A stretch of DNA of 64,000 nucleotides from Acidimicrobiia bacterium (GTDB lineage: Bacteria; Actinomycetota; Acidimicrobiia; Spongiisociales; ZC4RG35), in NCBI GenBank assembly GCA_035512955.1, contig DATKCZ010000027.1:40949-104948 (forward strand), given 5' to 3'. The position numbers were made by a program, and so were the translations under genes. Numbering within the stretch: the first letter of the stretch is position 1; each line of letters opens with the position of its first letter. The notes beneath the pieces are model-generated. The model searched no databases and was not told the DNA's origin. It saw nothing but the letters and a program-made list of their open reading frames with translations. Shown piece by piece: positions 1-8,598 of this stretch.

Positions 1-1046
1 GTGGCCATCGACACCTGGAGGCCGCCGAACAGGTTGCGCCTGCCATCGTTCTCGTGAGCGGGGCCCACCATGATCTCCTGGAGAGTCCCCCGGTCGCCCA
101 CCCTGACGCGCGCCCCTCTGGGCAGCGTGGGGTGGAAGGTCGCCATGCCCCAGTGATAGCCCTTGCCGGGAGCCTCGGTGGCCGAGGCCAGTGGTGATCC
201 GATCATCACCGCATCGGCCCCACAGGCAATGGCCTTGGAGACGTCACCACCGGTGCGCATCCCACCATCGGCGATCACGTGGACGTACCTCCCGGTCTCG
301 TCCAAATAGCGCATCCGTGCCCCGGCGGCATCGGCGATAGCCGTTGCCTGTGGCACGCCGACGCCAAGGACCCCACGGGTGGTGCACGCCGCACCCGGGC
401 CCACTCCGACCAGGACACCGACGGCCCCGGTCCGCATGAGATGGAGGGCGGTGGAGTAGCTGGCGCATCCCCCGACGATGACCGGCACCGGGCAGTCGGC
501 GATGTATTCCTTGAGGTTCAGAGGCTCTTCACGACTCGACACGTGCTCGGCGGAGACCACCGTCCCCTGGATGACCAGGATGTCGAGGCCCCCGTCCAGC
601 GCCTTGGGTGCCCAGTCACGAACCTTCTGGGGGGTGAGGCTGGCGGCGGTGACCACGCCGGAAGACTCGACCTCTGCGACGCGCGCGGTGATCAACTCCG
701 GCTTGACCGGCTCGAGATAGATCTCCTGCATCCGACGGGTGGCCTTCTCGTCGGGGAGCTCTGCTATCTCCTCGTAATACGGCAGCGGGTCGTCATATCT
801 GGTCCACAGACCCTCGAGGTTGAGGACGGCCAGGCCACCGAGACGGCCGATGGTCACCGCGGTCTCGGGACTGATCGCAGAGTCCATCGCCGAGCCCATC
901 ATCGGGAGTTCGAACGTGAAAGCGTCGAGCTGCCAGGAGATGTCGACGTCGTCGGGGTCGCGGGTGCGACGAGAAGGGACGATTGCGATGTCGTCGAAGC
1001 CGAAGGCCTGCCGACCCGACTTGCCGATGCCGATGTCGATTTCCAT
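1..1046 (-). CDS. guaB3: GuaB3-family IMP dehydrogenase-related protein (3' end runs off the window)
   Basis: Translated by hand from ATG at 1046: [31 protein letters not shown]...[16 protein letters not shown]...[35 protein letters not shown] upstream. Absent from the ORF track because it is open at the window edge. Confidence 0.88.
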   Translation of the reverse strand, partial: MEIDIGIGKSGRQAFGFDDIAIVPSRRTRDPDDVDISWQLDAFTFELPMMGSAMDSAISPETAVTIGRLGGLAVLNLEGLWTRYDDPLPYYEEIAELPDEKATRRMQEIYLEPVKPELITARVAEVESSGVVTAASLTPQKVRDWAPKALDGGLDILVIQGTVVSAEHVSSREEPLNLKEYIADCPVPVIVGGCASYSTALHLMRTGAVGVLVGVGPGAACTTRGVLGVGVPQATAIADAAGARMRYLDETGRYVHVIADGGMRTGGDVSKAIACGADAVMIGSPLASATEAPGKGYHWGMATFHPTLPRGARVRVGDRGTLQEIMVGPAHENDGRRNLFGGLQVSMA

Positions 1047-1124
1047 TTGCCGATCCTTGTCCAGCGCTGGTGGTCTCGCAGGGTAACAGTGGCCCGGGTG
1101 ATCGCAGTTGTAGGCTCACTCCCG

Positions 1125-1829
1125 GTGCCTAGATCTTGGTCGGTGGTCGATTTCGTCTTGGTCTGGCTGGGTGGCTTGATGGGGAGCGCGGTCTTCACCG
1201 TCACCGGTCTCGCCCTCGAAGTCGACGACTGGCTGATCATCGTCGGCTTGATCGGCCATTACCTCGGGATCCTCGTCGTCTTCTGGCTGCTCTCCCAACA
1301 CAAGGACGATCCGGGTATCGGGTTCAGCGTCCGGAGCCGAGACGTCACCTACATCGGGATCGGGCTCCTCGCCCAGATCGCCCTCGCCCTGGTGATGCTC
1401 CCCATCAGCAACTTGCTGCTCCCCGACGGCGGTCCCCCACAGGTGATCATCGACATCTTCGCCGAGGCGGACACCGTCCTCCTCAGAATGGCTCTGGTCA
1501 CTTTGGCGGTGGTTATGACACCGATCACCGAGGAGCTGGTGTATCGCGGCGTGCTGTTGAGGGCACTCCAGCCCCGGGGGAGAAGGTTTGCGATTGTCGT
1601 CAGCGCCGCCGTCTTCGCCTTGATCCACTTCGACGGCCTCGATTTCGACCGTCTCTGGCAGTCGGCGGTGGTGGTGTTGCCGCCGATCTTCATCCTCGGT
1701 CTGCTCCTCGCCTGGGTGACCGAGCGACAGGGGCGTCTCGGGCCGGCGATCTTCATCCACTCCGGCTGGAATCTCCTGGCGGCGCTGGTCCTCCTCCTCC
1801 CCTCCGAGCTGCTCGAACAGGCCGCCTGA
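1125..1829 (+). CDS. CPBP (Abi/CAAX protease-like) intramembrane metalloprotease
   Basis: 3' part of ORF 279..1829. Multi-TM protein with PITEELVYRG, FALIH and IHSGWN motifs. GTG 1125 chosen as start because TAGGCT (-10-like) lies 8 nt upstream. Confidence 0.85.
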   Translation: MPRSWSVVDFVLVWLGGLMGSAVFTVTGLALEVDDWLIIVGLIGHYLGILVVFWLLSQHKDDPGIGFSVRSRDVTYIGIGLLAQIALALVMLPISNLLLPDGGPPQVIIDIFAEADTVLLRMALVTLAVVMTPITEELVYRGVLLRALQPRGRRFAIVVSAAVFALIHFDGLDFDRLWQSAVVVLPPIFILGLLLAWVTERQGRLGPAIFIHSGWNLLAALVLLLPSELLEQAA

Positions 1830-1843
1830 CCCCTCTGCTCGCG

Positions 1844-2827
1844 TCAGACGAGACCGACCGCTTGCCTGACCTGGGCCATGGTGGCCTCGGCGGAGGACCG
1901 TGCCCGCGCCGCGCTGTCGGCCATCACCCGGAACACTTCGGCGTCCGACAGGCCCTCGTATGCCTCGCGAATCGGCTTGATCCCGTCGGCGACGGCCTCG
2001 GCCACCGCGGTCTTGAAGGTCCCGTAGCCACCCGAGCCGTACTCGGCGACCAGATCGTCGATGGGACGGCCACTGAAATAGGAGAAGATCTCCAACAGGT
2101 TGGAGATCCCGGGCTTGCCCTCCCAGTCGTAGGCGACCTCGGTGCCGGTGTCGGTGACCGCCGATCTCACCTTCTTCATGATCTCGTCTGTCGTGTCAGT
2201 CAGGTAGACGGTGGCCTTCGAGTTGGGGTCGGACTTGGACATCTTGACCATTGGGTCCTGGAGGGACATCACCCGGGCGCCGATCTCGGGCGTGATCCGC
2301 TCCGGGACCGGGAAGACATCGCCAAAACGGCTGTTGAACCGTTCGGCCAGGTCGCGGGTCAGCTCGAGGTGCTGGGTCTGATCGTCACCCACCGGCACCG
2401 CGTGCACCCGGTGGATGAGGATGTCGGCCGCCTGGAGCACCGGGTAGGCGAGGAGCCCGAACCCCTGTCCGGAGCGGTCCGACTTCTCCTTGAACTGTGA
2501 CATCCGCTGCAGCTGGCCCACCCCGGCGAGGGTGCCGACGATCCAGCAGAGCTCGGTGTGCTGGGGCACCTCCGACTGGTAGTAGAGCAAGGACCGTTGG
2601 GGGTCGACGCCGGCGGCGAGGATCATCTTGGCAATCGAGACCCGGGACTCGGACAGCTCGGCCGGCAGGTAAGGGGTGGACATGGCGTGGAGGTCGACGA
2701 CGCAGTAGATGGTGTCGTAGTCCTCCTGCATCCCCACCCAGTTGCTGAAGGCACCGATCAGGTTGCCCACATGGGCCCCGCCTCCGGTGGGTTGCATCCC
2801 CGAGAAGACACGTTTTCGATCTGTCAT
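1844..2827 (-). CDS. trpS: Tryptophan--tRNA ligase
   Basis: FSGMQPTG, HVGN (HIGH-like), YPVLQAADIL, VPVGDDQTQHLE and KMSKS motifs. Confidence 0.97.
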   Translation of the reverse strand: MTDRKRVFSGMQPTGGGAHVGNLIGAFSNWVGMQEDYDTIYCVVDLHAMSTPYLPAELSESRVSIAKMILAAGVDPQRSLLYYQSEVPQHTELCWIVGTLAGVGQLQRMSQFKEKSDRSGQGFGLLAYPVLQAADILIHRVHAVPVGDDQTQHLELTRDLAERFNSRFGDVFPVPERITPEIGARVMSLQDPMVKMSKSDPNSKATVYLTDTTDEIMKKVRSAVTDTGTEVAYDWEGKPGISNLLEIFSYFSGRPIDDLVAEYGSGGYGTFKTAVAEAVADGIKPIREAYEGLSDAEVFRVMADSAARARSSAEATMAQVRQAVGLV

Positions 2828-2841
2828 TTCGATCCTCGTTC

Positions 2842-2871
2842 AAACAAAAAGCCGCCGGGGAGCCCGGCGGC
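2842..2871 (-). terminator. Attenuator intrinsic terminator upstream of trpS
   Basis: Perfect 9-bp stem GCCGCCGGG/CCCGGCGGC (2851-2871) with a 3-nt loop, followed on the minus strand by UUUUUGUUU, ending 14 nt before the trpS ATG. Confidence 0.85.
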
Positions 2872-2898
2872 GACATCATGGCAGGTGAGAGTCGTCCG

Positions 2899-2940
2899 CT
2901 AGACGGAGGACCACCACGCGTCGTTGAGATCGTGCATCAC
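2899..2940 (-). CDS. trpL: Trp leader peptide (M)MHDLNDAWWSSV
   Basis: GTG ATG CAC GAT CTC AAC GAC GCG TGG TGG TCC TCC GTC TAG. Tandem Trp codons just upstream of the antiterminator/terminator. TACGCT -10-like hexamer 6 nt before the GTG. Confidence 0.8.
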   Translation of the reverse strand: MMHDLNDAWWSSV

Positions 2941-3036
2941 GCCCACAGCGTATTACTCGGGACGGTCCTCATCAAGCGGTGACCCGCTGTGAATCCAGAT
3001 ACCTCTGCTGATATGCGACCAGTCCGGCGACGCTCA

Positions 3037-4101
3037 TTAGCCGGTCGCGCCGAGGACGACGCCCCTGTCGGTAGCAGTCGCCGACAGGAACTCGGCGACC
3101 AGCTCGTCGATGGGCTCAGAGGGGAGGAGCACTGCCGCGCCGGTCTCTGTTGTGGCGTCATAGACAGGCACCTCCAGCTCCACGATCGAGCCCGATCCGA
3201 GACCGCGCAGGGTCCAAGCCAGATTCACGGCATCGACGAGACTGAGCTCGGAGTCGACCGTGACGAACGGTGCCACCGCCTGGCCGGCAGCTGCCATGTC
3301 CTGAGGACTGGTCAGGTCGGCGAACCGCCCCATCATGTCGATGAGAAACGACCTCTGGCGCTCATTCCTCACCAGGTCGTTGACTCCGGGCATGACGCGC
3401 CAGCCATCCTCGGTCAGCTCCTGGGTGCGACGCGACCGCATCCAGGCCAGGGTCTGCTCGCCGGTGGCGAGGATGCACCCCGCTGCCAGCTCGAGTTTCG
3501 CCCGCTGATCACGCACCGGCCGCTCCACGCAGATCTCATAGCCCCCCACCGCGTCGACGGCCTCGGGGAACCCGGCGAGGTCGACGAGGGCAAAGTGGTC
3601 GATGGTCTGGCCTATGAGCTGTTCGACGGTCAGTGTCAGCAGGGTGGCGCCATTCATGATGCGGCAACCCTCCAGCATGGCGCTGAGTCGGTCCTCGCCA
3701 CCTTCACACCGGTTATCCACCAAGAGGTCACGGGGAAGGGACAAGAGCCCGGTCTTGAACCCGTCCTTGAACAAGATCATGACGACGTCGGCGCGGTTGC
3801 CGTCGAACTCGCCGAAGCCCTCGATGTCGTCGAGGTCCTCCCTCGAGTCGGATCCAACGAGCAGGAACACCTTTCGATCAGGGTCGAATGTCGGCTGCGC
3901 CACCGCCTCGTCACTGTCGTCGGGCGTATCGTCCTCCTGGGCAACCGGGCCCCCTGAATCGTCGGGATCCGGGCGATCGATGGTGACCCGATTGACCTCG
4001 TCCCACGTCGAGAGGACGAACAGGACCCCCCCGGTGAGCACCACAAATGCGGCAATTGCCGCACCAATCAAGATACGTCGTCTGAGAGCGGAAGAACTCA
4101 T
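3037..4101 (-). CDS. LCP (LytR-CpsA-Psr) family cell-wall glycopolymer transferase
   Basis: Single N-terminal TM helix; LLVGSDSR, RADVVMI, LSLPRDLLV, WMRSR and RNERQRSFL motifs. ATG 4101 preferred over TTG 4125. Confidence 0.9.
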   Translation of the reverse strand: MSSSALRRRILIGAAIAAFVVLTGGVLFVLSTWDEVNRVTIDRPDPDDSGGPVAQEDDTPDDSDEAVAQPTFDPDRKVFLLVGSDSREDLDDIEGFGEFDGNRADVVMILFKDGFKTGLLSLPRDLLVDNRCEGGEDRLSAMLEGCRIMNGATLLTLTVEQLIGQTIDHFALVDLAGFPEAVDAVGGYEICVERPVRDQRAKLELAAGCILATGEQTLAWMRSRRTQELTEDGWRVMPGVNDLVRNERQRSFLIDMMGRFADLTSPQDMAAAGQAVAPFVTVDSELSLVDAVNLAWTLRGLGSGSIVELEVPVYDATTETGAAVLLPSEPIDELVAEFLSATATDRGVVLGATG

Positions 4102-4143
4102 AGCCCCACGCAGAATTGTACGCAATCGTGGGACGGCGGCGAA

Positions 4144-5910
4144 TCAGACGGGCTCTGGGACGAGCACGTCTGCGGTATTCGAGGCCAGTGGGAGAGCGAG
4201 CTCGAAATGGTGCTGTCCATCGCGCGAAACATAGGTGAGCGTGCCATCCATCATCTCGGCGAGTTGTCTGGAGACAGCGAGGCCGATGCCAACTGAACCA
4301 GGCTGGGTGGGCGACTGGGCGCTCCGGTAGTACCGCTCGAAGATCAGCTTGGCCTCGTTCTCCGCCACCCCTGTCCCGTTGTCGGTCACCACCACCGTCG
4401 CCATGTCGGCGTTCTCACGGATGGTGACGATGATCTGGTCACCACCGTACTTGATGGCGTTGGTGACCAGGTTGCGGATGACCTGGCGGACCCTGAGCGG
4501 ATCGGCCCAGGCGGTCAAGGCTTGCGTCTCGAACCTGACCGTCTTCTGGTCATGGGTCGACTCACGCAGCCCTTCGAGCACTCGCTCGACCTGATCGCGC
4601 AGATCGATGGTCTCGGCGCGGATCGAGAGGTTGCCGAAATCGGCCCTTGAGGCCACCAACAGGTCCTCGACCAGCTCGGCCAGCTCCCGGCTCTGAACTG
4701 CGATGATCCCACAGAGCTCGTCGAGCTCGTCCCCCTTCATCGTGGCCCCACTGGAGACGATCTCTTCCGAAAGCCCCACGATCGCGGTGAGCGGGGTCCT
4801 GATCTCGTGAGACACCGACGCCAGGAGCTTGTCCTTGGAGTCGTTGGAGGCCCGCAGGGCCTCGGCGTCGTCTTGTCGTCGCCAATAGGCTCCCACCATG
4901 TCTGCGGCCCGCCACAGGGTCTGAATCTCGTCGTAGGACCAACTTCGCTCCTTGGTGTACTCGACGAAGCCGATGGTTCCCCTGAACTCCTCACCGATGA
5001 AGATGGGCACGCATAACTCGGAGAGAATGTCATCTCGTTCATAGAGCTCGCGTTCGGCCCCGATCAGATCGCTGGTGTGGATGACGGAGGCCTTGCCCAG
5101 GCGGAGCGTCTCGAATGTGGTCGGGATCGAGGTGTATCGACCGACCCGCCATCCGTTTCCGGTCTCGTCTCCATGGGCGGAGGCACTGGCGACGATCTCC
5201 CAACCGAGACCGTCCCCCATGTCGATGGTGCGATCGACGTATGCGTAGTCGGCGTCGGTGGCCTCGAACATCGCCCGAACCGCCTCGTGGAGAGCGAACG
5301 AGTCGGGATGGACCAACAGTGCTTCCGAGCACCGCGCCACGGCATCCTGGAGACGTCGCGATCGGTCGTAGGCCCGGATTGCCGAGGTCAGCTGGTCGTA
5401 GAGCTCGGCGACGAGAGCAGTGGTGAAGATGACCCCGGCGACCGCGACGACGACCCTGACCCCCATCGCATCGATCGGGTCGCCGGTGAGGACCCCGACG
5501 GTGATGACCCAGGCCGCGATGCAGGAGGCCAGACCCCCCGCCCAGACCAGCCTGCTGCCTATCGACAGGGTGCCGGCAAGGACCGCGAACAACATCATCA
5601 AGCCGTAGGCCGTGCCAAAGTCGAACGAGGTCACGTCGGCGGCGAAGAGCGACTCGATGATGACCAGGGAACCGATGAAGCCCATCGCACCGAGGACGAG
5701 ATGTACCGCCCTGGGCTCCGCCGACCTGGCGACCACGATTGCCCAAATCATGAACACCAACGGACCGACCAGCCGGGCCAGAGCAGCCGTCCCGCCTTCC
5801 TGGGCGCGTGCGTACTCGACGACGGCCACAAACGGCAACGTCGTCGCCAGGAGCACAGCCACATAGCGATGGAACCGCTGTCGCGCCGCCACATGGGCGC
5901 TTGATCTCAC
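4144..5910 (-). CDS. Membrane-bound sensor histidine kinase (multi-TM + GAF + HisKA + HATPase)
   Basis: About 6 TM helices; GAF-like SELCVPIFIGEEFRGTIGF; H-box VSHEIRTPLT; N box NLVTNAIKY; G boxes DNGTG and GIGLAVS. Confidence 0.9.
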   Translation of the reverse strand: MRSSAHVAARQRFHRYVAVLLATTLPFVAVVEYARAQEGGTAALARLVGPLVFMIWAIVVARSAEPRAVHLVLGAMGFIGSLVIIESLFAADVTSFDFGTAYGLMMLFAVLAGTLSIGSRLVWAGGLASCIAAWVITVGVLTGDPIDAMGVRVVVAVAGVIFTTALVAELYDQLTSAIRAYDRSRRLQDAVARCSEALLVHPDSFALHEAVRAMFEATDADYAYVDRTIDMGDGLGWEIVASASAHGDETGNGWRVGRYTSIPTTFETLRLGKASVIHTSDLIGAERELYERDDILSELCVPIFIGEEFRGTIGFVEYTKERSWSYDEIQTLWRAADMVGAYWRRQDDAEALRASNDSKDKLLASVSHEIRTPLTAIVGLSEEIVSSGATMKGDELDELCGIIAVQSRELAELVEDLLVASRADFGNLSIRAETIDLRDQVERVLEGLRESTHDQKTVRFETQALTAWADPLRVRQVIRNLVTNAIKYGGDQIIVTIRENADMATVVVTDNGTGVAENEAKLIFERYYRSAQSPTQPGSVGIGLAVSRQLAEMMDGTLTYVSRDGQHHFELALPLASNTADVLVPEPV

Positions 5911-5957
5911 GTTTGAACTTCGTCAGAAGTGAGCCCGACGCATAGGGGCCGATTGGC

Positions 5958-6488
5958 CTATTCGTCGAGACCGAGCATTTGGCGCACCATGCGGGCGGTG
6001 GCGCCCCAGAGAGTGTCACCCTCGAGGTCGTAGTACCAGACCTTCCAACCGTTCCAAGGTAAGTGCCACCAGTTGGACTCGTCGGCGAGATCGGCGAGCA
6101 GCGGCGTGTAGATCTTCGCCACCTCCCGTTCGGAGGGGACCAGGCCGAGCGGGGTGGCAATGCGCGCCACCACCGGGACGACCAGCAATGTGAACTCGAC
6201 GGTGTCGATCGGCGCCAAGAAGCCGAGCACTTCGACCTGGTGCTCGTCGATGCCGACCTCCTCTCTGGCCTCGCGGATCGCGGTCTCCACCGGGCCACGG
6301 TCCCCCGGGTCGGGTCTTCCGCCCGGGAAAGAGATGTGGCCGGCATGGGTGGGCATCGTGTCCGGCCTCTTGGTCAACACCACTCTGACCTCGCCCGACT
6401 CGTCCTCGAATAGGGGCGCCAGGACCGCGGCCATTGGCCGGTCGCCCGGTTCGGGATGACTGTCGAGCAGATTGAGTCGATCCCACAT
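5958..6488 (-). CDS. Nudix hydrolase, CoA pyrophosphatase (NudL/YeaB-like)
   Basis: LTKRPDTMPTHAGHISFPGG, Nudix box AIREAREEVG, C-terminal LWGATA. ATG 6488 lies 7 nt after TAATCT. Confidence 0.88.
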   Translation of the reverse strand: MWDRLNLLDSHPEPGDRPMAAVLAPLFEDESGEVRVVLTKRPDTMPTHAGHISFPGGRPDPGDRGPVETAIREAREEVGIDEHQVEVLGFLAPIDTVEFTLLVVPVVARIATPLGLVPSEREVAKIYTPLLADLADESNWWHLPWNGWKVWYYDLEGDTLWGATARMVRQMLGLDE

Positions 6489-6523
6489 GTCGTCAAGATT
6501 AAGCCCGCCTGTAGCCTGACCCG

Positions 6524-7105
6524 GTGCCACGGCCGCTACTGGAGAATGAGAGGCTGACGCTTCAGCGTTTCACCCGTCGCGATGCGCCCACGCTCGACGA
6601 CGCCATCCGGGCGTCGCTACCCGATCTGAACCAGTGGCTCCCTTGGGCGAGGCTCGACTACACGCCTTCGGACACCGCGGCCTTCATCCGCGAGTCGCTC
6701 CAGGCCTGGAAAGAGGAGAGGGCCTGGGACTATTCGATCAGGAACAAAGACGACCCGAGACGCCACCTCGGCAACATCTCGTTCTGGACGGTCTCCAAGC
6801 TGGGCAAGATCGCCGAAGTGGGTTACTGGGTCCGCTCCGACGAGACCAGCCGGGGGGTGTGCACCGAGGCGGTGGGGTTGCTCCTCGACGAGGCCTTCAA
6901 CTCGTTGGGCTACCACAAGGTGGTCCTCCGCATCGCCGTGGGAAACGACGCCTCCGACCGGGTGGCCGAGAAGCTGGGCTTCACGAGGGAGGGCATCCTC
7001 CGCGAGGAGTTGTTGATTCGGGGCAACTGGGTGGACCACACCCTCTGGTCGTTGCTGGACCGCGAGTACCGGGCGGCGCGCCGGAGCCGGGTCACCCGGG
7101 CCTGA
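6524..7105 (+). CDS. RimJ/RimL-family GNAT N-acetyltransferase
   Basis: AEVGYWVR, RGVCTEAV, NDASDRVAEKLGFTREG motifs. Confidence 0.9.
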   Translation: MPRPLLENERLTLQRFTRRDAPTLDDAIRASLPDLNQWLPWARLDYTPSDTAAFIRESLQAWKEERAWDYSIRNKDDPRRHLGNISFWTVSKLGKIAEVGYWVRSDETSRGVCTEAVGLLLDEAFNSLGYHKVVLRIAVGNDASDRVAEKLGFTREGILREELLIRGNWVDHTLWSLLDREYRAARRSRVTRA

Positions 7106-7113
7106 GGGCGCGG

Positions 7114-8595
7114 TCAGCCCCCGGTGGCGAGGACCTGGGCCGCGTCTCTCACGAACGCGGCCATGCTCGGGTAGACGCCGATCGCCACGGTGAGGGCGAC
7201 CGCGACCCCGAGGGCCAGCCGGAGCGAGCCGGCGGGAGCAGCCGCTGCATCGCCGGGGAACTCCCCAACCGGGTCGTCGAGCCACACACTCTTGACCACC
7301 TTGGCGTAGTAGTAGAGGGCGATCACCGTGTTCACTGCGGCGATGACGGCAAGGGAGATGGTGCCCGGATCGGCGATGATCACCGAGCGGAACATCTCGA
7401 ACTTGGCGAACCAGCCGGCGAGCGGCGGGATCCCGGCGAGGCTGAAGAAGAACACCGCGGTCAACACCCCGAGGATGGGATCGACCCGGGCCAGACCCGC
7501 CCACCGTGAGAGCTCCCCCGAGGCGGTCTTGCGGGCCCCCGCGATGACGACGGCGAACGCGCCCAGGTTCATCACTGCGTAGATGACCAGGTAGATGAGG
7601 GTGGCGCCGAACGCCTGTTGCAGGTCGGCCCCGGCCACCGCCGCCGCGGCAAACGGCACCAACATGAACCCGGCCTGTGCCACCGAGGAGTAGGCGAGCA
7701 ACCTGACGATGTTGGTCTGACGCAACGCCGAGAGGTTCCCGATGGTCATGGACAGCGCGGCCAGCAGCCACAGGATGGGGGCCCAGACGTCGGAGGCACC
7801 GGGCAGTGCCTGGTACATCACGATGAGCATCGCCACGAAACCGGCCGCCTTGGAGTTGACCGAGAGGTATGCACTGATCGGGGTGGGGGCCCCTTCGTAG
7901 GTGTCGGGGGCCCAGAAGTGGAAGGGCACGGCCGCGATCTTGAACCCGAAGCCAACCATCATGAACAGGATCGCCATGACCAGCGCCGGCTCATCGCTCA
8001 TGCCGGCGGTGGCCGCGGCGATACCGGCGAAGCTCACCTCGCCGGTGAGCCCGAACACGAGTGACATCCCGTACAACAGGATCGCGGTCGACAACACCCC
8101 GAGGATGAAGTACTTCATCGACGCCTCGTTCGACTTCACATCCCCCTTCCGCCACCCGGCGAGGAGGAAGAGGGGCCCGGTGACCAGCTCGAGACCGATG
8201 AAGAGCACGATCAGGTCGCGTGAGGAGGCCATCACCAGCGAGCCGAGGACCGAAGCCAGCAACAAGAAGTAGTACTCGCCCTGGTAGTAGCGCTCGGACT
8301 CGATGTAGTGGTGCGACATGAGGAAGACGAGGTACGCCGCCACCAGGAACAGGCCCTTGAGGACCAGGGCGAAGTCGTCGACCACGTACGAGCCGTCGAA
8401 CATCGAGATGGTCTCGTCGTTCAAGGCCAATAGCCCCAAGGGGAGCAGGGCGAGGGCGGTGCCGGCTACCGCCACCGTCGCCGTCCAGTACTTTTGGGGA
8501 CGGGGCAGGATGAGATCGAGCACAAGTACGAGGATCAGCGTCCCGACGATGATCAGCTCGGGAGCGAGCGCCAGATAGTCGATCTCGAACGGCAC
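7114..8595 (-). CDS. nuoN: NADH-quinone oxidoreductase subunit N (operon 1)
   Basis: EASMKYFILG, GFGFKIAAVPFHFWAPDTYEGAPTP, RLLAYSSVAQAG motifs. Confidence 0.95.
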   Translation of the reverse strand: MPFEIDYLALAPELIIVGTLILVLVLDLILPRPQKYWTATVAVAGTALALLPLGLLALNDETISMFDGSYVVDDFALVLKGLFLVAAYLVFLMSHHYIESERYYQGEYYFLLLASVLGSLVMASSRDLIVLFIGLELVTGPLFLLAGWRKGDVKSNEASMKYFILGVLSTAILLYGMSLVFGLTGEVSFAGIAAATAGMSDEPALVMAILFMMVGFGFKIAAVPFHFWAPDTYEGAPTPISAYLSVNSKAAGFVAMLIVMYQALPGASDVWAPILWLLAALSMTIGNLSALRQTNIVRLLAYSSVAQAGFMLVPFAAAAVAGADLQQAFGATLIYLVIYAVMNLGAFAVVIAGARKTASGELSRWAGLARVDPILGVLTAVFFFSLAGIPPLAGWFAKFEMFRSVIIADPGTISLAVIAAVNTVIALYYYAKVVKSVWLDDPVGEFPGDAAAAPAGSLRLALGVAVALTVAIGVYPSMAAFVRDAAQVLATGG

Positions 8596-8598
8596 CCG

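Noticed and set aside
279-1124. Long alternative-frame ORFs in the track (e.g. 5' part of 279..1829, 19238..20923, 24380..26176, 38249..39862, 45234..47246)
   Set aside because: They lie antisense to or overlap well-supported genes, have Arg/Gly/Pro-rich composition with no motifs, and are expected shadows in high-GC DNA.
2828-2960. T-box riboswitch upstream of trpS
   Set aside because: No T-box consensus or long stem I; a Trp-codon leader with alternative hairpins explains the region.
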